This document shows, piece after piece, positions 38,216 to 47,456 of a DNA stretch of 64,000 bases. A program made the position numbers and the translations under genes. Under the pieces are notes generated by a model. The model ran no database searches and was not told the DNA's origin. It saw nothing but the letters and a program-made list of their open reading frames with translations. How positions within the stretch are numbered: the stretch's first letter is position 1; each line of letters begins with the position of its first letter. Location: the IMG/VR virus record IMGVR_UViG_3300013132_000019; one strand, written 5' to 3'. The stretch comes from a virus (Duplodnaviria > Heunggongvirae > Uroviricota > Caudoviricetes).

Positions 38216-39559
38216 TCACAAGGGCAAACCATCATCATTGTGATTTTGAACAAATCCAATTCTTTTTGCTCGATTAACCTGACTCGAATAGAATCCCTTA
38301 TATGAAGACCTAATTAAACCTAATGTATGTGCCATTGTCCACTCTTCACCATCCTCTTCAGCATCCAAATACATTTCATTTAGGTTGTTAGCTAAATTAG
38401 CTATAAATGCACCAGTTATCTTAGCCTTTTTACCATCAATATTACCTGTAAGAGCATCAAAAACTTCTTTTACTTGCCATCTTTCATTCAAATGTATCTT
38501 GCAGACCTTTATAACCGCTTCATCGGAAAGATAATCAAAATCAATTATGGCATTAAATCTACCTGGTCTCTCAGCCGCCTCATCAACTAATGACTTGTCA
38601 TTTGTTGAGGCAAGAATACTTATCTGTCGTTTCTTTACACCATCAAAGAAGTTTAGAAATTCACCAAGTACGTTGGTGTAATTGCCCTTTTGTCGTGAAC
38701 CAATGAATAAATCAATGTCATCCATGATAATCGTACCATTATCAAAAATTTCACAAGACGTCAATATGGTTCTAAGGTCATCGATATTATTGAATCTTGG
38801 TATAACAAAGGTCACTTGAGGTGTCAATTCTGATATTACCTTTCTAATCAATTCAGTTTTACCAGTACCTGGCACACCATTTAATAGAATCCGCATGTTA
38901 CGACCACGTTTTAGTCGTTTAATAAAATGCTTCATAAAGGTTTCTTGGGCTTCACTTAAAATCAATTCGTTAACGACATCTTTAACCTCTACAATCTTTA
39001 CACCCTCAAACATGCCGTTGCGAATTTCAACCTCCAAACACTTACCCTTGAATCTTGAATTATTAAAGGCGACTTTCTTTATATTCTCAACCATATCTTC
39101 CAATTTGTTAATTGGTATGGTTTTTTTACATGTAAATGAAATTTCAGTTATATATCGGTCATTTCGGTCGAAATAAGCGCCTGTTTGAAAATACATCTGG
39201 TTATCTGGTTCGGAATCAAGCTTAACTTGAAACCACCAGCCTCTACTATTATCAAAAGTTCCGTTCATGAAGAATTTTTTATTATAAAGCCCACCATAAG
39301 CTTCAACCGTTACCCCGTTATTTGGCCCATTCTTATATGTGTCAAAAAGGTATTGATTAATAATGCCCAACTCAACTGGACTTATAACCCTCTCCATAAA
39401 ATTATCCAAATCATATATCATATCAGGATAATCTTCAGGATATTCATCAAATTCATCCAACTCGTAATTTTCAATTTCACTTTTAATTCCGTCTAACCGT
39501 TTCAATAAAATGGCAGCACCTTCCACGCTTAATTCATTTTCTTTTTCTAAACTCATCAC
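38216..39559 (-). CDS. AAA+ ATPase (447 aa)
   Basis: Walker A GVPGTGKTE, Walker B IIMDDIDLF, and NAIIDFDYLSDEAV in the C-terminal region. Confidence 0.65.
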   Translation of the reverse strand: MMSLEKENELSVEGAAILLKRLDGIKSEIENYELDEFDEYPEDYPDMIYDLDNFMERVISPVELGIINQYLFDTYKNGPNNGVTVEAYGGLYNKKFFMNGTFDNSRGWWFQVKLDSEPDNQMYFQTGAYFDRNDRYITEISFTCKKTIPINKLEDMVENIKKVAFNNSRFKGKCLEVEIRNGMFEGVKIVEVKDVVNELILSEAQETFMKHFIKRLKRGRNMRILLNGVPGTGKTELIRKVISELTPQVTFVIPRFNNIDDLRTILTSCEIFDNGTIIMDDIDLFIGSRQKGNYTNVLGEFLNFFDGVKKRQISILASTNDKSLVDEAAERPGRFNAIIDFDYLSDEAVIKVCKIHLNERWQVKEVFDALTGNIDGKKAKITGAFIANLANNLNEMYLDAEEDGEEWTMAHTLGLIRSSYKGFYSSQVNRAKRIGFVQNHNDDGLPL

Positions 39560-40014
39560 ATTAAACTTTTAATAATTAAACTTAATTCCTTACCGTCATA
39601 TTGACCAGCATAATTCACTTTAAAATAATTCATTATTGCACCAATGTTTACGTTACCAGCACTTTCTTCAGATAACACAAATTCCTTTACTATTTCAATC
39701 AACTCAAAATTTGATAATTGTTTGGGTAGATATCCTTCCAAAACCGTAATTTCAAACTCATCATTAGTGGTCTCTTTAACGCCTTGAATCGATTTCTTAA
39801 CCAATGCAACAATATCATTATCTGATAATTCAACCTTACCCTTAGATGTTTGTTCATTACGTTCAATCTCACCTTTCAATACTCGAAGTACCCCCAACTT
39901 TTGAGATTCTTTGTTTTTCATGGCATTTTTTATATCACCATTAATTTTATTTTTTAATGTCATTTTAATATATTTTTTTTCTTTTTTGTGAATAATAATA
40001 GAACGATAACGCAA
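39556..40014 (-). CDS. yqeY: GatB/YqeY-domain protein (the probable start is MTLKNK at 39963)
   Basis: GVLRVLKGEIERNE and VLEGYLPKQLSNFELIEIVKEFV align with YqeY SVIRMLKAAIKN and ILESYLPEQLSEEEL. Confidence 0.65.
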   Translation of the reverse strand: MRYRSIIIHKKEKKYIKMTLKNKINGDIKNAMKNKESQKLGVLRVLKGEIERNEQTSKGKVELSDNDIVALVKKSIQGVKETTNDEFEITVLEGYLPKQLSNFELIEIVKEFVLSEESAGNVNIGAIMNYFKVNYAGQYDGKELSLIIKSLM

Positions 40015-40168
40015 ATAATAATAAAGAAATTAAGAATGGTAGTGCTGAAACTAAAGTTATCAAACAAAATATGCCAGTAATAAACATCGGCAACATATGT
40101 ATATTAAACTTAAAATTAGACAACTTCCTTTCTTTTAAAAAATGGTTTAGATATTTTCCCACACCCAC
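39965..40168 (-). CDS. small membrane protein (67 aa)
   Basis: TM helix. Overlaps neighbours, so one of the overlapping calls is probably spurious. Confidence 0.25.
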   Translation of the reverse strand: MGVGKYLNHFLKERKLSNFKFNIHMLPMFITGIFCLITLVSALPFLISLLLFALSFYYYSQKRKKIY

Positions 40169-40343
40169 ATGTCACGATAAAAAAATCACCATAAGTATTC
40201 CCACCAATCCATTGATTATCACCTTTAAAATTATTTCTCTCCGCACAACTTAATACTTCTTTTGGGAAATTATTAACAATGGTTCTTAAACCACAATTTT
40301 TGTCATTATTAACATTAACTGACTCATCGAAATTAGTTGTCAT
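40116..40343 (-). CDS. hypothetical Cys-rich small protein (75 aa)
   Basis: ORF. Confidence 0.3.
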   Translation of the reverse strand: MTTNFDESVNVNNDKNCGLRTIVNNFPKEVLSCAERNNFKGDNQWIGGNTYGDFFIVTCGCGKISKPFFKRKEVV

Positions 40344-40753
40344 GGCATCAAATTTAAGCGTTGAACCATCTTATCACCAAGAAAAGACTCCAATTCTCTG
40401 GTTGATGTAAAGTACTTAAATAGCTTTGTTAATAGCTTTACCCTATATTCATCATCCAAAGTCTTAATAGATTCACCTTTAAAACCCTCTTCAAAACCAT
40501 ATTCAGCAAATAAATTACGTAAGTTACTTTCAGACATATAATCTAAATAATCAGTGACATCCGAATATGACATATTATCACGAATATAGTCATACTCAAT
40601 AAAGTCTTCTTCTGAGAAATGATATGAATCTTGAATCACATCATGTAAATCCCAATATTGTTTATGTGTGAAATCTGACGTGTTTCTAATATCTCTTAAC
40701 TTAGCGATTGTTTCATCAATCTCTTCCTGTGAATAAAATTTTTCTTCTTTCAT
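40340..40753 (-). CDS. hypothetical protein (137 aa)
   Basis: ORF. Confidence 0.5.
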   Translation of the reverse strand: MKEEKFYSQEEIDETIAKLRDIRNTSDFTHKQYWDLHDVIQDSYHFSEEDFIEYDYIRDNMSYSDVTDYLDYMSESNLRNLFAEYGFEEGFKGESIKTLDDEYRVKLLTKLFKYFTSTRELESFLGDKMVQRLNLMP

Positions 40754-40761
40754 ATCAATTA

Positions 40762-40965
40762 TTATTTAAGTGCATCAATTAATTCTTCAATTTCTAAGGT
40801 TGCTTCACGTATTTTTTGCCACTCATCAAATAAATCACCGCTATTATTATGTGTTTCGTTATAGAGTATTTCGTCAACCTCACAAAGATTTTCGTTTATA
40901 TTAGTTAGTTTTTCAACTAAAATTTTCACAAAAAACTCTCTTGTTATTTCTATTTTATCTGACAT
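40762..40965 (-). CDS. hypothetical protein (67 aa)
   Basis: ORF. Confidence 0.4.
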   Translation of the reverse strand: MSDKIEITREFFVKILVEKLTNINENLCEVDEILYNETHNNSGDLFDEWQKIREATLEIEELIDALK

Positions 40966-41369
40966 TATTTATTAATTTTTACGATTGGAATTGGTGAACC
41001 ATCAGCATCGATTCTAACAAACGTAATATTTGTTTTGCAAACCAATGATTCTTTATCATTATGGGGATTGTAAACCCTAGCTTCAATTGCCACCGTTATT
41101 GACGTGTTACCTAATTTAACTGTATCACCATATATCTTAACCATTCTACCTAACTTCACTGGTTTGATGAATTCAACCTTATCCATCGCAACAGTTACCA
41201 TGTTAGTGGAACATGCCTCTTCAGATGCATATACAGCACCAGCCTCATCTATCCATGACAAAATTGTACCACCGAATAGATTTCCATGAACACCCAAATT
41301 AAAATTCTTAACAACATGCGTTGCTATTAATTTCATAGTTTCACCCTTTTGTCTTGTTTTTTCAACCAT
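40965..41369 (-). CDS. acyl-CoA thioesterase, hotdog fold (YciA-like), 134 aa
   Basis: GNLFGGTILSWIDEAG is the 4HBT/YciA signature. Confidence 0.65.
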   Translation of the reverse strand: MVEKTRQKGETMKLIATHVVKNFNLGVHGNLFGGTILSWIDEAGAVYASEEACSTNMVTVAMDKVEFIKPVKLGRMVKIYGDTVKLGNTSITVAIEARVYNPHNDKESLVCKTNITFVRIDADGSPIPIVKINK

Positions 41370-41623
41370 GATACAAATGTAGCAATTTTTTTGCTTAGTT
41401 GCAACAATTCTTTCGAATAATATTCTCTAGCTAAAGTGATGTGGTCAAAAAACTTGTGAATCGCCCTATGACAATCATCACAAACAAATATACCAGAATT
41501 ATGCATAACTTCTTTGCTATGCATTTTTTTCACCGATTTTCTGGAATGTACTTTCTTGGGAATCAAGTGATGAAAGGTTAGTTCCCTTTCCCTATCACAA
41601 AGTTCACAATTATTTATCGGCAT
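41333..41623 (-). CDS. HNH-endonuclease-like zinc-finger protein (96 aa)
   Basis: CELCD...FHHLIPK...CDDCHRAIH. Confidence 0.45.
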   Translation of the reverse strand: MPINNCELCDRERELTFHHLIPKKVHSRKSVKKMHSKEVMHNSGIFVCDDCHRAIHKFFDHITLAREYYSKELLQLSKKIATFVSWLKKQDKRVKL

Positions 41624-41864
41624 TTGGGTCGAGATTTAAGTGTTTGATTACAGCATCAATCAAGATTTCTTTCTTATGAAAACCATTCAAATCTGATAAC
41701 CTAATCAACTGAGCCAAACCTTCGGTTAAAGTCTTAATATCCTCAAATAATTGTGCCTTGCGCTCATTAACATCCTCTGATAAAACAAAATCCTCCGTCT
41801 TACCAACAATCAATGGTTTATCCTTTCTATCCGTATCAATATCTACTACTACTATATTTTTCAT
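41610..41864 (-). CDS. hypothetical protein (84 aa)
   Basis: ORF. TATATTTG sits 4 nt before the ATG. Confidence 0.45.
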   Translation of the reverse strand: MKNIVVVDIDTDRKDKPLIVGKTEDFVLSEDVNERKAQLFEDIKTLTEGLAQLIRLSDLNGFHKKEILIDAVIKHLNLDPNADK

Positions 41865-41899
41865 GTCACAAATATATAAATCAAATTTGAATAATACAA

Positions 41900-42724
41900 C
41901 TATTTTTTCAAATCAGATTCGATTAAGCCTCTGATATAATCCGATAATGTTAAATCGTTATTCATTAAATGAACGGCAATCGAAGTATACATATCAGCAT
42001 CGACCCTAACTTGAAGTGTTTTGTCTTTTGTTGACTTATTAACTTGTTTAACTTTAGTACCCCCATATGTTGGCGATAGATTATTAAATTCCGCGTCAAA
42101 AGCGTCCTCACCTATACTTTTAATCCTATCTTTACGCCACTTAGAATCAAAAAATTCAATCTCAGACCAATGTATGGTCTTTAATTTAAAAACCCCCAGA
42201 TATTCTGGTGTTTTACCACATATTATCACTCTGGATTCTGGAACGTTTGAAATTAAACCGATAATATCATGATAATGTTTATCAGCACCCTTAATGAATT
42301 CAAAATTGTCAAAAATAATACCATAAAGAGAGTCTCTTTTGACACCAACATCAGAATATAATCTTAACGAATTACCATTAACAATAATTTCCGATAACTT
42401 ATCCGTGGTTACAAAATCGCCATAAACCTGTTCACCATAATATTTTTTGAGCTTTTCGCTTATACCTTTAAAAAAAAATTTAGACGCAATCATATTTGGA
42501 TGTGCAATATATAGTACATTACGACTTGAATTATTGTTAACCAAAAAATTAACACAATAGTTACTCAATATATTCGTAGCACCAACATGCCTACTACTAA
42601 CTATCTGAACAAAACGATGAGCTTCCAAAATGTCATAAACATCATTATGCGCTTCATAAACTTTATTTGACTTATCAATAAAACCAACACCATTAACCTT
42701 TTTTGCGAATTCTTTTAACTTCAT
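41900..42724 (-). CDS. hypothetical protein (274 aa)
   Basis: ORF. Confidence 0.5.
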   Translation of the reverse strand: MKLKEFAKKVNGVGFIDKSNKVYEAHNDVYDILEAHRFVQIVSSRHVGATNILSNYCVNFLVNNNSSRNVLYIAHPNMIASKFFFKGISEKLKKYYGEQVYGDFVTTDKLSEIIVNGNSLRLYSDVGVKRDSLYGIIFDNFEFIKGADKHYHDIIGLISNVPESRVIICGKTPEYLGVFKLKTIHWSEIEFFDSKWRKDRIKSIGEDAFDAEFNNLSPTYGGTKVKQVNKSTKDKTLQVRVDADMYTSIAVHLMNNDLTLSDYIRGLIESDLKK

Positions 42725-42786
42725 AATCTTTATTTTTGTAATACAGTGTAATACAAAACGATTAAAAGTAAATTATGTTGCAAAAA

Positions 42787-42813
42787 AAAAAGATTGGATT
42801 TTCCAATCTTTTT
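42787..42813 (-). terminator. perfect hairpin AAAAGATTGGA-TTTT-TCCAATCTTTT (bidirectional terminator)
   Basis: 11-bp stem flanked by A/T runs, immediately after the stop of 42816..43415. Confidence 0.55.
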
Positions 42814-42815
42814 TG

Positions 42816-43415
42816 TTATGTTCTTTTGGTGGTTTTTTTTTCTTTCCTATATTTTTTTCTATTACTGGATTTACTACCACCACCTCTACATTCTCTATCA
42901 GCGGCTTTGGTTGCCACTTGAACCATGTATTTAGTATTGTCGTCTTCCCAATCAAGTTTAATATTCGCTTTCAAACCCATTGATTCAGCCCAACCTTTGG
43001 TTGCCGCAACAAGCATGTTGCTTTTTGCATTAGGTTTAACATTATAATCCAAATCTATTGTTATATCACATAAAGGGAATTCTTTTTGAAACCATTCAGC
43101 AATTTCCATGGTATATTCGGTTTCCTTATATAACCTTGAAAATGTATCCCTTAATCTTGCGATGTTTTCTTTGGTATATATATAATGAACACCATAACCA
43201 TTAAATTCAAATTCACCTTTTTTAACCTCAACGTCATTACCGTACCAATAACAAATACAGGTCGCGTAAGTTGATTTACTGCCCTTGTCCTGTGAGTCTG
43301 TACCGATGAAAATTTTAACTTTGTTACCAATAGCTTTTTGACCAGCTAAAATGTCCTTTGTGTGTTGAATAACGTCAACAATTTCACCTTGCTTTGTTTT
43401 AAAAACTCTTTCCAT
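42816..43415 (-). CDS. DUF458/YkuK-like predicted RNase-H-fold protein with a basic C-terminal tail (199 aa)
   Basis: KIFIGTDSQ motif and a K/R-rich C-terminus. Confidence 0.4.
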   Translation of the reverse strand: MERVFKTKQGEIVDVIQHTKDILAGQKAIGNKVKIFIGTDSQDKGSKSTYATCICYWYGNDVEVKKGEFEFNGYGVHYIYTKENIARLRDTFSRLYKETEYTMEIAEWFQKEFPLCDITIDLDYNVKPNAKSNMLVAATKGWAESMGLKANIKLDWEDDNTKYMVQVATKAADRECRGGGSKSSNRKKYRKEKKTTKRT

Positions 43416-43478
43416 TTTAATTTAACATTTACCGTTATTAATAATTATTCGTTTGTAACGGCAACCATTAAATTAATT

Positions 43479-44060
43479 TTAGCTTGCCGCTACATGATGG
43501 TCAATTTCCTTCGAGACTCTTTGACTGAGAATACCATCAATCTCATCAAAAGTGAATGGTCTATATTCGCCTAATATTCTGGCAGCACTATCAATACCAA
43601 CGTCCATGCTTTTCCCCCATTGTTCATATTCCAATGAGTCATGTGAGTGTCCATAAAGGTGGTATGAACCGTGATGTGACTTATTCCAGACTCTCATGGC
43701 ATAATGACACATTACAATCATATTACGTTTACCATTGTATTCATACTTTAACTCGTAGTAATCCTTAATCCATTCAAATCTATCACGATTTTCTTTGCTG
43801 GACATAACGCTCTTCTCATGGTTACCTTTAATCAGATATAACCTACCGTTAAGTCTGTTAAGAATCTTATTGGTTTCTTCTTGATTTGTCAAACTGACAT
43901 CACCAAGAATATATACCTCATCATTCGGCTTAATAAGATTATTCCAGTTTTTGATTATGGTTTCATTCATATTATCAACAGACTCAAATGGTCTATTAGC
44001 GTATTTAATAATATTTTTGTGCCCGAAATGCGGGTCTGAAATAAAATAAGTATTTTTCAT
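43479..44060 (-). CDS. metallophosphoesterase (calcineurin-like), 193 aa
   Basis: ISDPHFGH, GDVSL and GNHE motifs. Confidence 0.7.
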   Translation of the reverse strand: MKNTYFISDPHFGHKNIIKYANRPFESVDNMNETIIKNWNNLIKPNDEVYILGDVSLTNQEETNKILNRLNGRLYLIKGNHEKSVMSSKENRDRFEWIKDYYELKYEYNGKRNMIVMCHYAMRVWNKSHHGSYHLYGHSHDSLEYEQWGKSMDVGIDSAARILGEYRPFTFDEIDGILSQRVSKEIDHHVAAS

Positions 44061-44075
44061 TTGTTTGTTGTTTAA

Positions 44076-44297
44076 TTATTTATTATTGTTTTTGATTTCT
44101 TCTAAATCCTTTTCAAGTTGCTGAACGATGAACTCAACTTCATAGCTTATCTGTTCCATCTTACTCCCCTCACCTTCATAGTACGTAAACGAATGTTTGG
44201 TTTTTGGATGATATAGTTTTCGTATGGCGTTTAGTGCCGTAGCCTTTTTGTACTGTATCAATTCTGTTTTTGTCATAAAAGTAGTTTTAGTTAACAA
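44076..44297 (-). CDS. hypothetical protein (73 aa)
   Basis: ORF. Confidence 0.4.
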   Translation of the reverse strand: MLTKTTFMTKTELIQYKKATALNAIRKLYHPKTKHSFTYYEGEGSKMEQISYEVEFIVQQLEKDLEEIKNNNK

Positions 44298-44343
44298 TAC
44301 AAAAATAACATTTTTTTTTTGACTACGTGACAGTTAAATTCAG

Positions 44344-44754
44344 TTAATCTTTTGGTCTGATATATTTGTAAGTAACATTAAAAATATTAATTTTGTCTAA
44401 GGGTTGGTTAGTTCCCCCGAATCTTATTACACCGACTTCTTCTTCCCTAAAATCTATTAAAACATGAAATACGCCATTAATTCCTATATTTCTAGTCCCA
44501 GCATCTAACAGTACAATGTTTGCTATGCTGGATGGGTCGGTAGGTTGCCAAACTTCTTCACTGAAAATAATTCGGGCCTCTCTGTCGTGAAAGATACTGT
44601 TTAACCAATTGGTCATGAATTCCATTTTCCGTTCCTTAGTCATTTTACGACCATAGAAAAAGGATTGGCAACGATAAGTGAATTCTTGTATCTTTTGTAT
44701 TGTCTCCGCGACATCGGCACTATATTGTAATTGAATGTTAATTAAATCTTTCAT
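44344..44754 (-). CDS. hypothetical protein (136 aa)
   Basis: ORF. TATATTTG sits 4 nt before the ATG. Confidence 0.5.
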   Translation of the reverse strand: MKDLINIQLQYSADVAETIQKIQEFTYRCQSFFYGRKMTKERKMEFMTNWLNSIFHDREARIIFSEEVWQPTDPSSIANIVLLDAGTRNIGINGVFHVLIDFREEEVGVIRFGGTNQPLDKINIFNVTYKYIRPKD

Positions 44755-44796
44755 AGAGCAAATATATAAATTATTTTATTAATAAACAAATTTTTG

Positions 44797-44871
44797 TTCC
44801 CCCAGCTGGACTCGAACCAGCACCCCTTAATTAAAAGTTAAGTAGTCTAAACCAATTGAACCTATGAGGGA
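44797..44871 (-). tRNA. tRNA-Lys (anticodon UUU)
   Basis: Hand fold. Acceptor TCCCTCA/TGGGGGA, anticodon arm CTTAA-CTTTTAA-TTAAG, T-arm CTGG-TTCGAGT-CCAG. Confidence 0.6.
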
Positions 44872-44879
44872 ATTTAAAA

Positions 44880-44953
44880 TGGAGCCGCATGAGAGAGTCG
44901 AACTCTCGCCTTCTGATTGGAAGTCAGATGTGCTGCCGTAACACCTATGCGGC
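44880..44953 (-). tRNA. tRNA-Gly (anticodon UCC), CCA encoded
   Basis: Acceptor GCCGCAT/ATGCGGC, anticodon arm TCTGA-CTTCCAA-TCAGA, T-arm GAGAG-TTCGACT-CTCTC, followed by TCCA. Confidence 0.6.
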
Positions 44954-44968
44954 AAAAAAAATCAACTG

Positions 44969-45040
44969 AGCACCCACTCAGGCTTGAACTGAGGACTGAA
45001 GATTACAAATCTACCGTTTTCCCAACTAAACTATGGGTGC
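44969..45040 (-). tRNA. tRNA-Thr (anticodon UGU); one U-U mismatch in the anticodon stem
   Basis: Acceptor GCACCCA/TGGGTGC, D-arm GTTT..AAAC, anticodon loop TTTGTAA, T-arm CTCAG-TTCAAGC-CTGAG. Confidence 0.5.
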
Positions 45041-45048
45041 ATTAATTG

Positions 45049-45121
45049 TGGGGAACAATAGACTCGAACTATATTGCGGTTCGCTTTTACAGAGCGTCCG
45101 ACCAACCCTGGGCGATTCCCC
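45049..45121 (-). tRNA. tRNA, probably Tyr (anticodon GUA) with a short variable arm
   Basis: Acceptor GGGGAAT/GTTCCCC, anticodon loop CTGTAAA, T-loop TTCGAGT. Position 8 is C, which is unusual. Confidence 0.4.
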
Positions 45122-45197
45122 TATTTTGTATTATTTTTATAATTAGAGCCTGTGCGTTATCTATAATATGACATCACGCTTTATCTCTAAAGTCAAG

Positions 45198-45270
45198 TTG
45201 CCCCGCTAGGTCTCGAACCTAGACTCTTCTGCTTCAAAAACAGACGTGTTCCCAATTACACCACAGGGCA
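45198..45270 (-). tRNA. tRNA-Gln (anticodon UUG)
   Basis: Acceptor TGCCCTG/CGGGGCA, anticodon arm TCTGT-TTTTGAA-GCAGA, T-arm CTAGG-TTCGAGA-CCTAG. Confidence 0.55.
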
Positions 45271-45307
45271 ATTTAATTATTATCCCGACAATTTGTCGGG
45301 ATTAATG

Positions 45308-45382
45308 TCGGGAGAGTGGGATTCGAACCCACGAACCGATACGTCCAAGGTACCGTTGTATAGCCATCTGCATAACCTCCCG
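45308..45382 (-). tRNA. tRNA-Pro (anticodon UGG)
   Basis: Acceptor CGGGAGG/TCTCCCG, anticodon arm GGTAC-CTTGGAC-GTATC, T-arm GTGGG-TTCGAAT-CCCAC. Confidence 0.55.
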
Positions 45383-45527
45383 TTATACTATCCCATTATT
45401 TTTCCCAGCAGCCGACTGAGGCTTCCAATGCCCCCGCGCCTAGTTTTATTTTTTTTTCATTACCACGATGTCAAAGAACACGAATTTTATTTTTTATGTT
45501 GTTAAAATTCAAGCAACAAAAAAGCCC

Positions 45528-45560
45528 AGAAGGTTTTTAATCCTCTGGGCTTGCCTTATC
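45528..45560 (-). terminator. rho-independent terminator (GCCCAGA...TCTGGGC followed by T6 on the minus strand)
   Basis: 7-bp GC stem with a 13-nt loop and a T-run. Separates the leader cassette from the tRNA cluster. Confidence 0.55.
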
Positions 45561-45581
45561 GTTATTATACTTTTATCCTAT

Positions 45582-45680
45582 CATAAGAAGAACAATGAGT
45601 TTAGATACGACATGCCCAGTTCGCTCGGCTTCGTGCCTTGCGGATACTGTTTTCCTTGATATGTCGTATAAGTTTTCATT
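45582..45680 (-). CDS. conserved leader small ORF (32 codons, MKTYTTYQGKQYPQGTKPSELGMSYLNSLFFL) within a GC-rich structured segment; may be a non-coding RNA rather than a protein gene
   Basis: Begins CCATATTTAATTAAAAGAAGTAATGAAAACT, as do the cassettes at 54351 and 57888. Contains the inverted repeat TACGACAT...ATGTCGTA. Confidence 0.3.
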
Positions 45681-45810
45681 ACTTCTTTTAATTAAATATG
45701 GTTAAGTTTTAAAAAGTTTATTTTTTTGTAAATAAAACAGATTCAGTTTCTTTTATCCAAATATAAAGTTTAAAATTTGCTGAAGTGAATCTTCAAATCA
45801 TTTACAGAAC

Positions 45811-45818
45811 AAATATAT
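45811..45818 (-). promoter_or_regulatory. -7 box TATATTTG with upstream CTTGCA (-33-like) element; promoter of the leader cassette for tRNA cluster 1
   Basis: A ~50-bp block, acaaatatataacatgttttctaataatgcaagtctttt, repeated nearly identically at 58082-58130. Confidence 0.5.
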
Positions 45819-45859
45819 AACATGTTTTCTAATAATGCAAGTCTTTTGAAAAAAAAAAA

Positions 45860-46090
45860 TTAATTTTCTAACCATAACCATATTAATCTTTTCAATTTTG
45901 ACCAATAACTTCTTGGTTTCCAATCACTTATATTACAGTTATAACAATGATTTATGTTAAAAATATCTCTACTGGTATAATACAAGTAGAATGGTGTTTT
46001 TTGACATATCTCACATTTTTGTGCGGTTCCGATTGGTTGACTGTCATAATCTTCAAAATATTTATGGTCAAACTTGTTTTTGGTACTCAT
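45860..46090 (-). CDS. hypothetical Cys-rich protein (76 aa)
   Basis: ORF with CEICQ...CYNCN. Confidence 0.4.
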   Translation of the reverse strand: MSTKNKFDHKYFEDYDSQPIGTAQKCEICQKTPFYLYYTSRDIFNINHCYNCNISDWKPRSYWSKLKRLIWLWLEN

Positions 46091-46610
46091 ATGGATTATG
46101 TTCTAATTTAGTTACATCTATAGCTTCACCTGAATCAATTAAACCAAATATATCAATTTTTTCTGATAATAGTTCTCTGAAAACAAAAAATGGTGCATGA
46201 AATAACATGGTACCATGAGTTGGATTATCGATAAAGGTTTCTAACCACTCACGATGAGCATCACAGCAATTACTATTTCCTTCAACCATAAAATATATTC
46301 GATGATTAGTCTCACCATTAACAGTTATTTCATCCAACAAATAACTTTTTGGTAATAGTAATGGTTTAACCTCAAACTTAGCGTAATTATTCTCACCGTC
46401 CCACGCAAAATAATTACCAACAGGTGATTTAAATGTATCAATATTTAATACATCAATGTATGTAGTTTCAAATTCTGATTTGGCTAACCCAGTTAATAGC
46501 TGTATGTTTTCAAAACTATCATAAGGGCACTCCACTAATAACCCAAACGGTAAATAAAAACTTAATTCTTCTATTTTCATGTTTTTAATTTTAAAAATTG
46601 TCTGATACAT
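46068..46610 (-). CDS. hypothetical protein (180 aa)
   Basis: ORF. Confidence 0.5.
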   Translation of the reverse strand: MYQTIFKIKNMKIEELSFYLPFGLLVECPYDSFENIQLLTGLAKSEFETTYIDVLNIDTFKSPVGNYFAWDGENNYAKFEVKPLLLPKSYLLDEITVNGETNHRIYFMVEGNSNCCDAHREWLETFIDNPTHGTMLFHAPFFVFRELLSEKIDIFGLIDSGEAIDVTKLEHNPYEYQKQV

Positions 46611-47115
46611 TATTAATTGCCCATCTTTCTGGATTAGCTTCCCATGGGCTTAAGTAATGTCTTCTTTTTCGATATTTAAATTGCTTTAGATTTTCTCTAG
46701 CATATTTTTTATATGTATCAAAATGATTGTATCTAATGATATATGCAGCATAATTATGTTCAAAAACCTTTTCAAATTTAGGGTTTATCGTTCTTACAAA
46801 TTCTCGGCTACTGTCTTGAACGTTGATACCTATTGAACAACCAAACGACCAAACGGGATTAGCTAATTTTTTATGTATAATTCTTAATTTAGGTTTATGT
46901 ATAAGATTGAAAGCCCAGTCTTTTACGAATTCATCAAAAATTACTTGATAATCATCTAAATTAACTTTTCGGTTTAATTTACGACTGGCCGCGTATTTTG
47001 CTAAATTATTGTAAGATTTAGAATAAAACTTTAACATATTTAATGGGTCTTTTGGTTTAGACCTAATTATGTCATTATGATTTGGATTATTGAAGCTCAT
47101 GTTAATATTTACCAA
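46591..47115 (-). CDS. hypothetical protein (174 aa)
   Basis: ORF. Confidence 0.5.
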   Translation of the reverse strand: MVNINMSFNNPNHNDIIRSKPKDPLNMLKFYSKSYNNLAKYAASRKLNRKVNLDDYQVIFDEFVKDWAFNLIHKPKLRIIHKKLANPVWSFGCSIGINVQDSSREFVRTINPKFEKVFEHNYAAYIIRYNHFDTYKKYARENLKQFKYRKRRHYLSPWEANPERWAINNVSDNF

Positions 47116-47392
47116 CGAATTTTTCTAAATCTTTATCGATTTTATATTGCTCGTATTTTTCATGTAGCCGTTCCCATTCCTTATCTCTATCGATATTATC
47201 ACCTAAGTGACTTAAAATTAATCTTGTCATTTCTTCGGTCAGCCCAAAGTAGGTTATTGCCATCTCAAAACTATCCTCAGAACCAGATAATAGTCCTGTC
47301 AATTCTTCTTCGGTAACGTATACGACCATCATTCGGTCACGATTGAATAATGCATCAAATGCAATTTTTAATCTTGCTAATAGTTTGTTCAT
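47102..47392 (-). CDS. hypothetical protein (96 aa)
   Basis: ORF. Confidence 0.45.
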   Translation of the reverse strand: MNKLLARLKIAFDALFNRDRMMVVYVTEEELTGLLSGSEDSFEMAITYFGLTEEMTRLILSHLGDNIDRDKEWERLHEKYEQYKIDKDLEKFVGKY

Positions 47393-47456
47393 TAATTATG
47401 TTTTTTTTTTTCAGTTCGTTTACCTTTGGCTAAAAAACCCATATTAAATTAATTTT

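Noticed and set aside
45293-45659. ORFs 45293..45505 (+) and 45468..45659 (+).
   Set aside because: They are translations of tRNA-Pro and adjacent structured non-coding sequence (for example GEWDSNPRT, typical of a translated tRNA). They are not genes.
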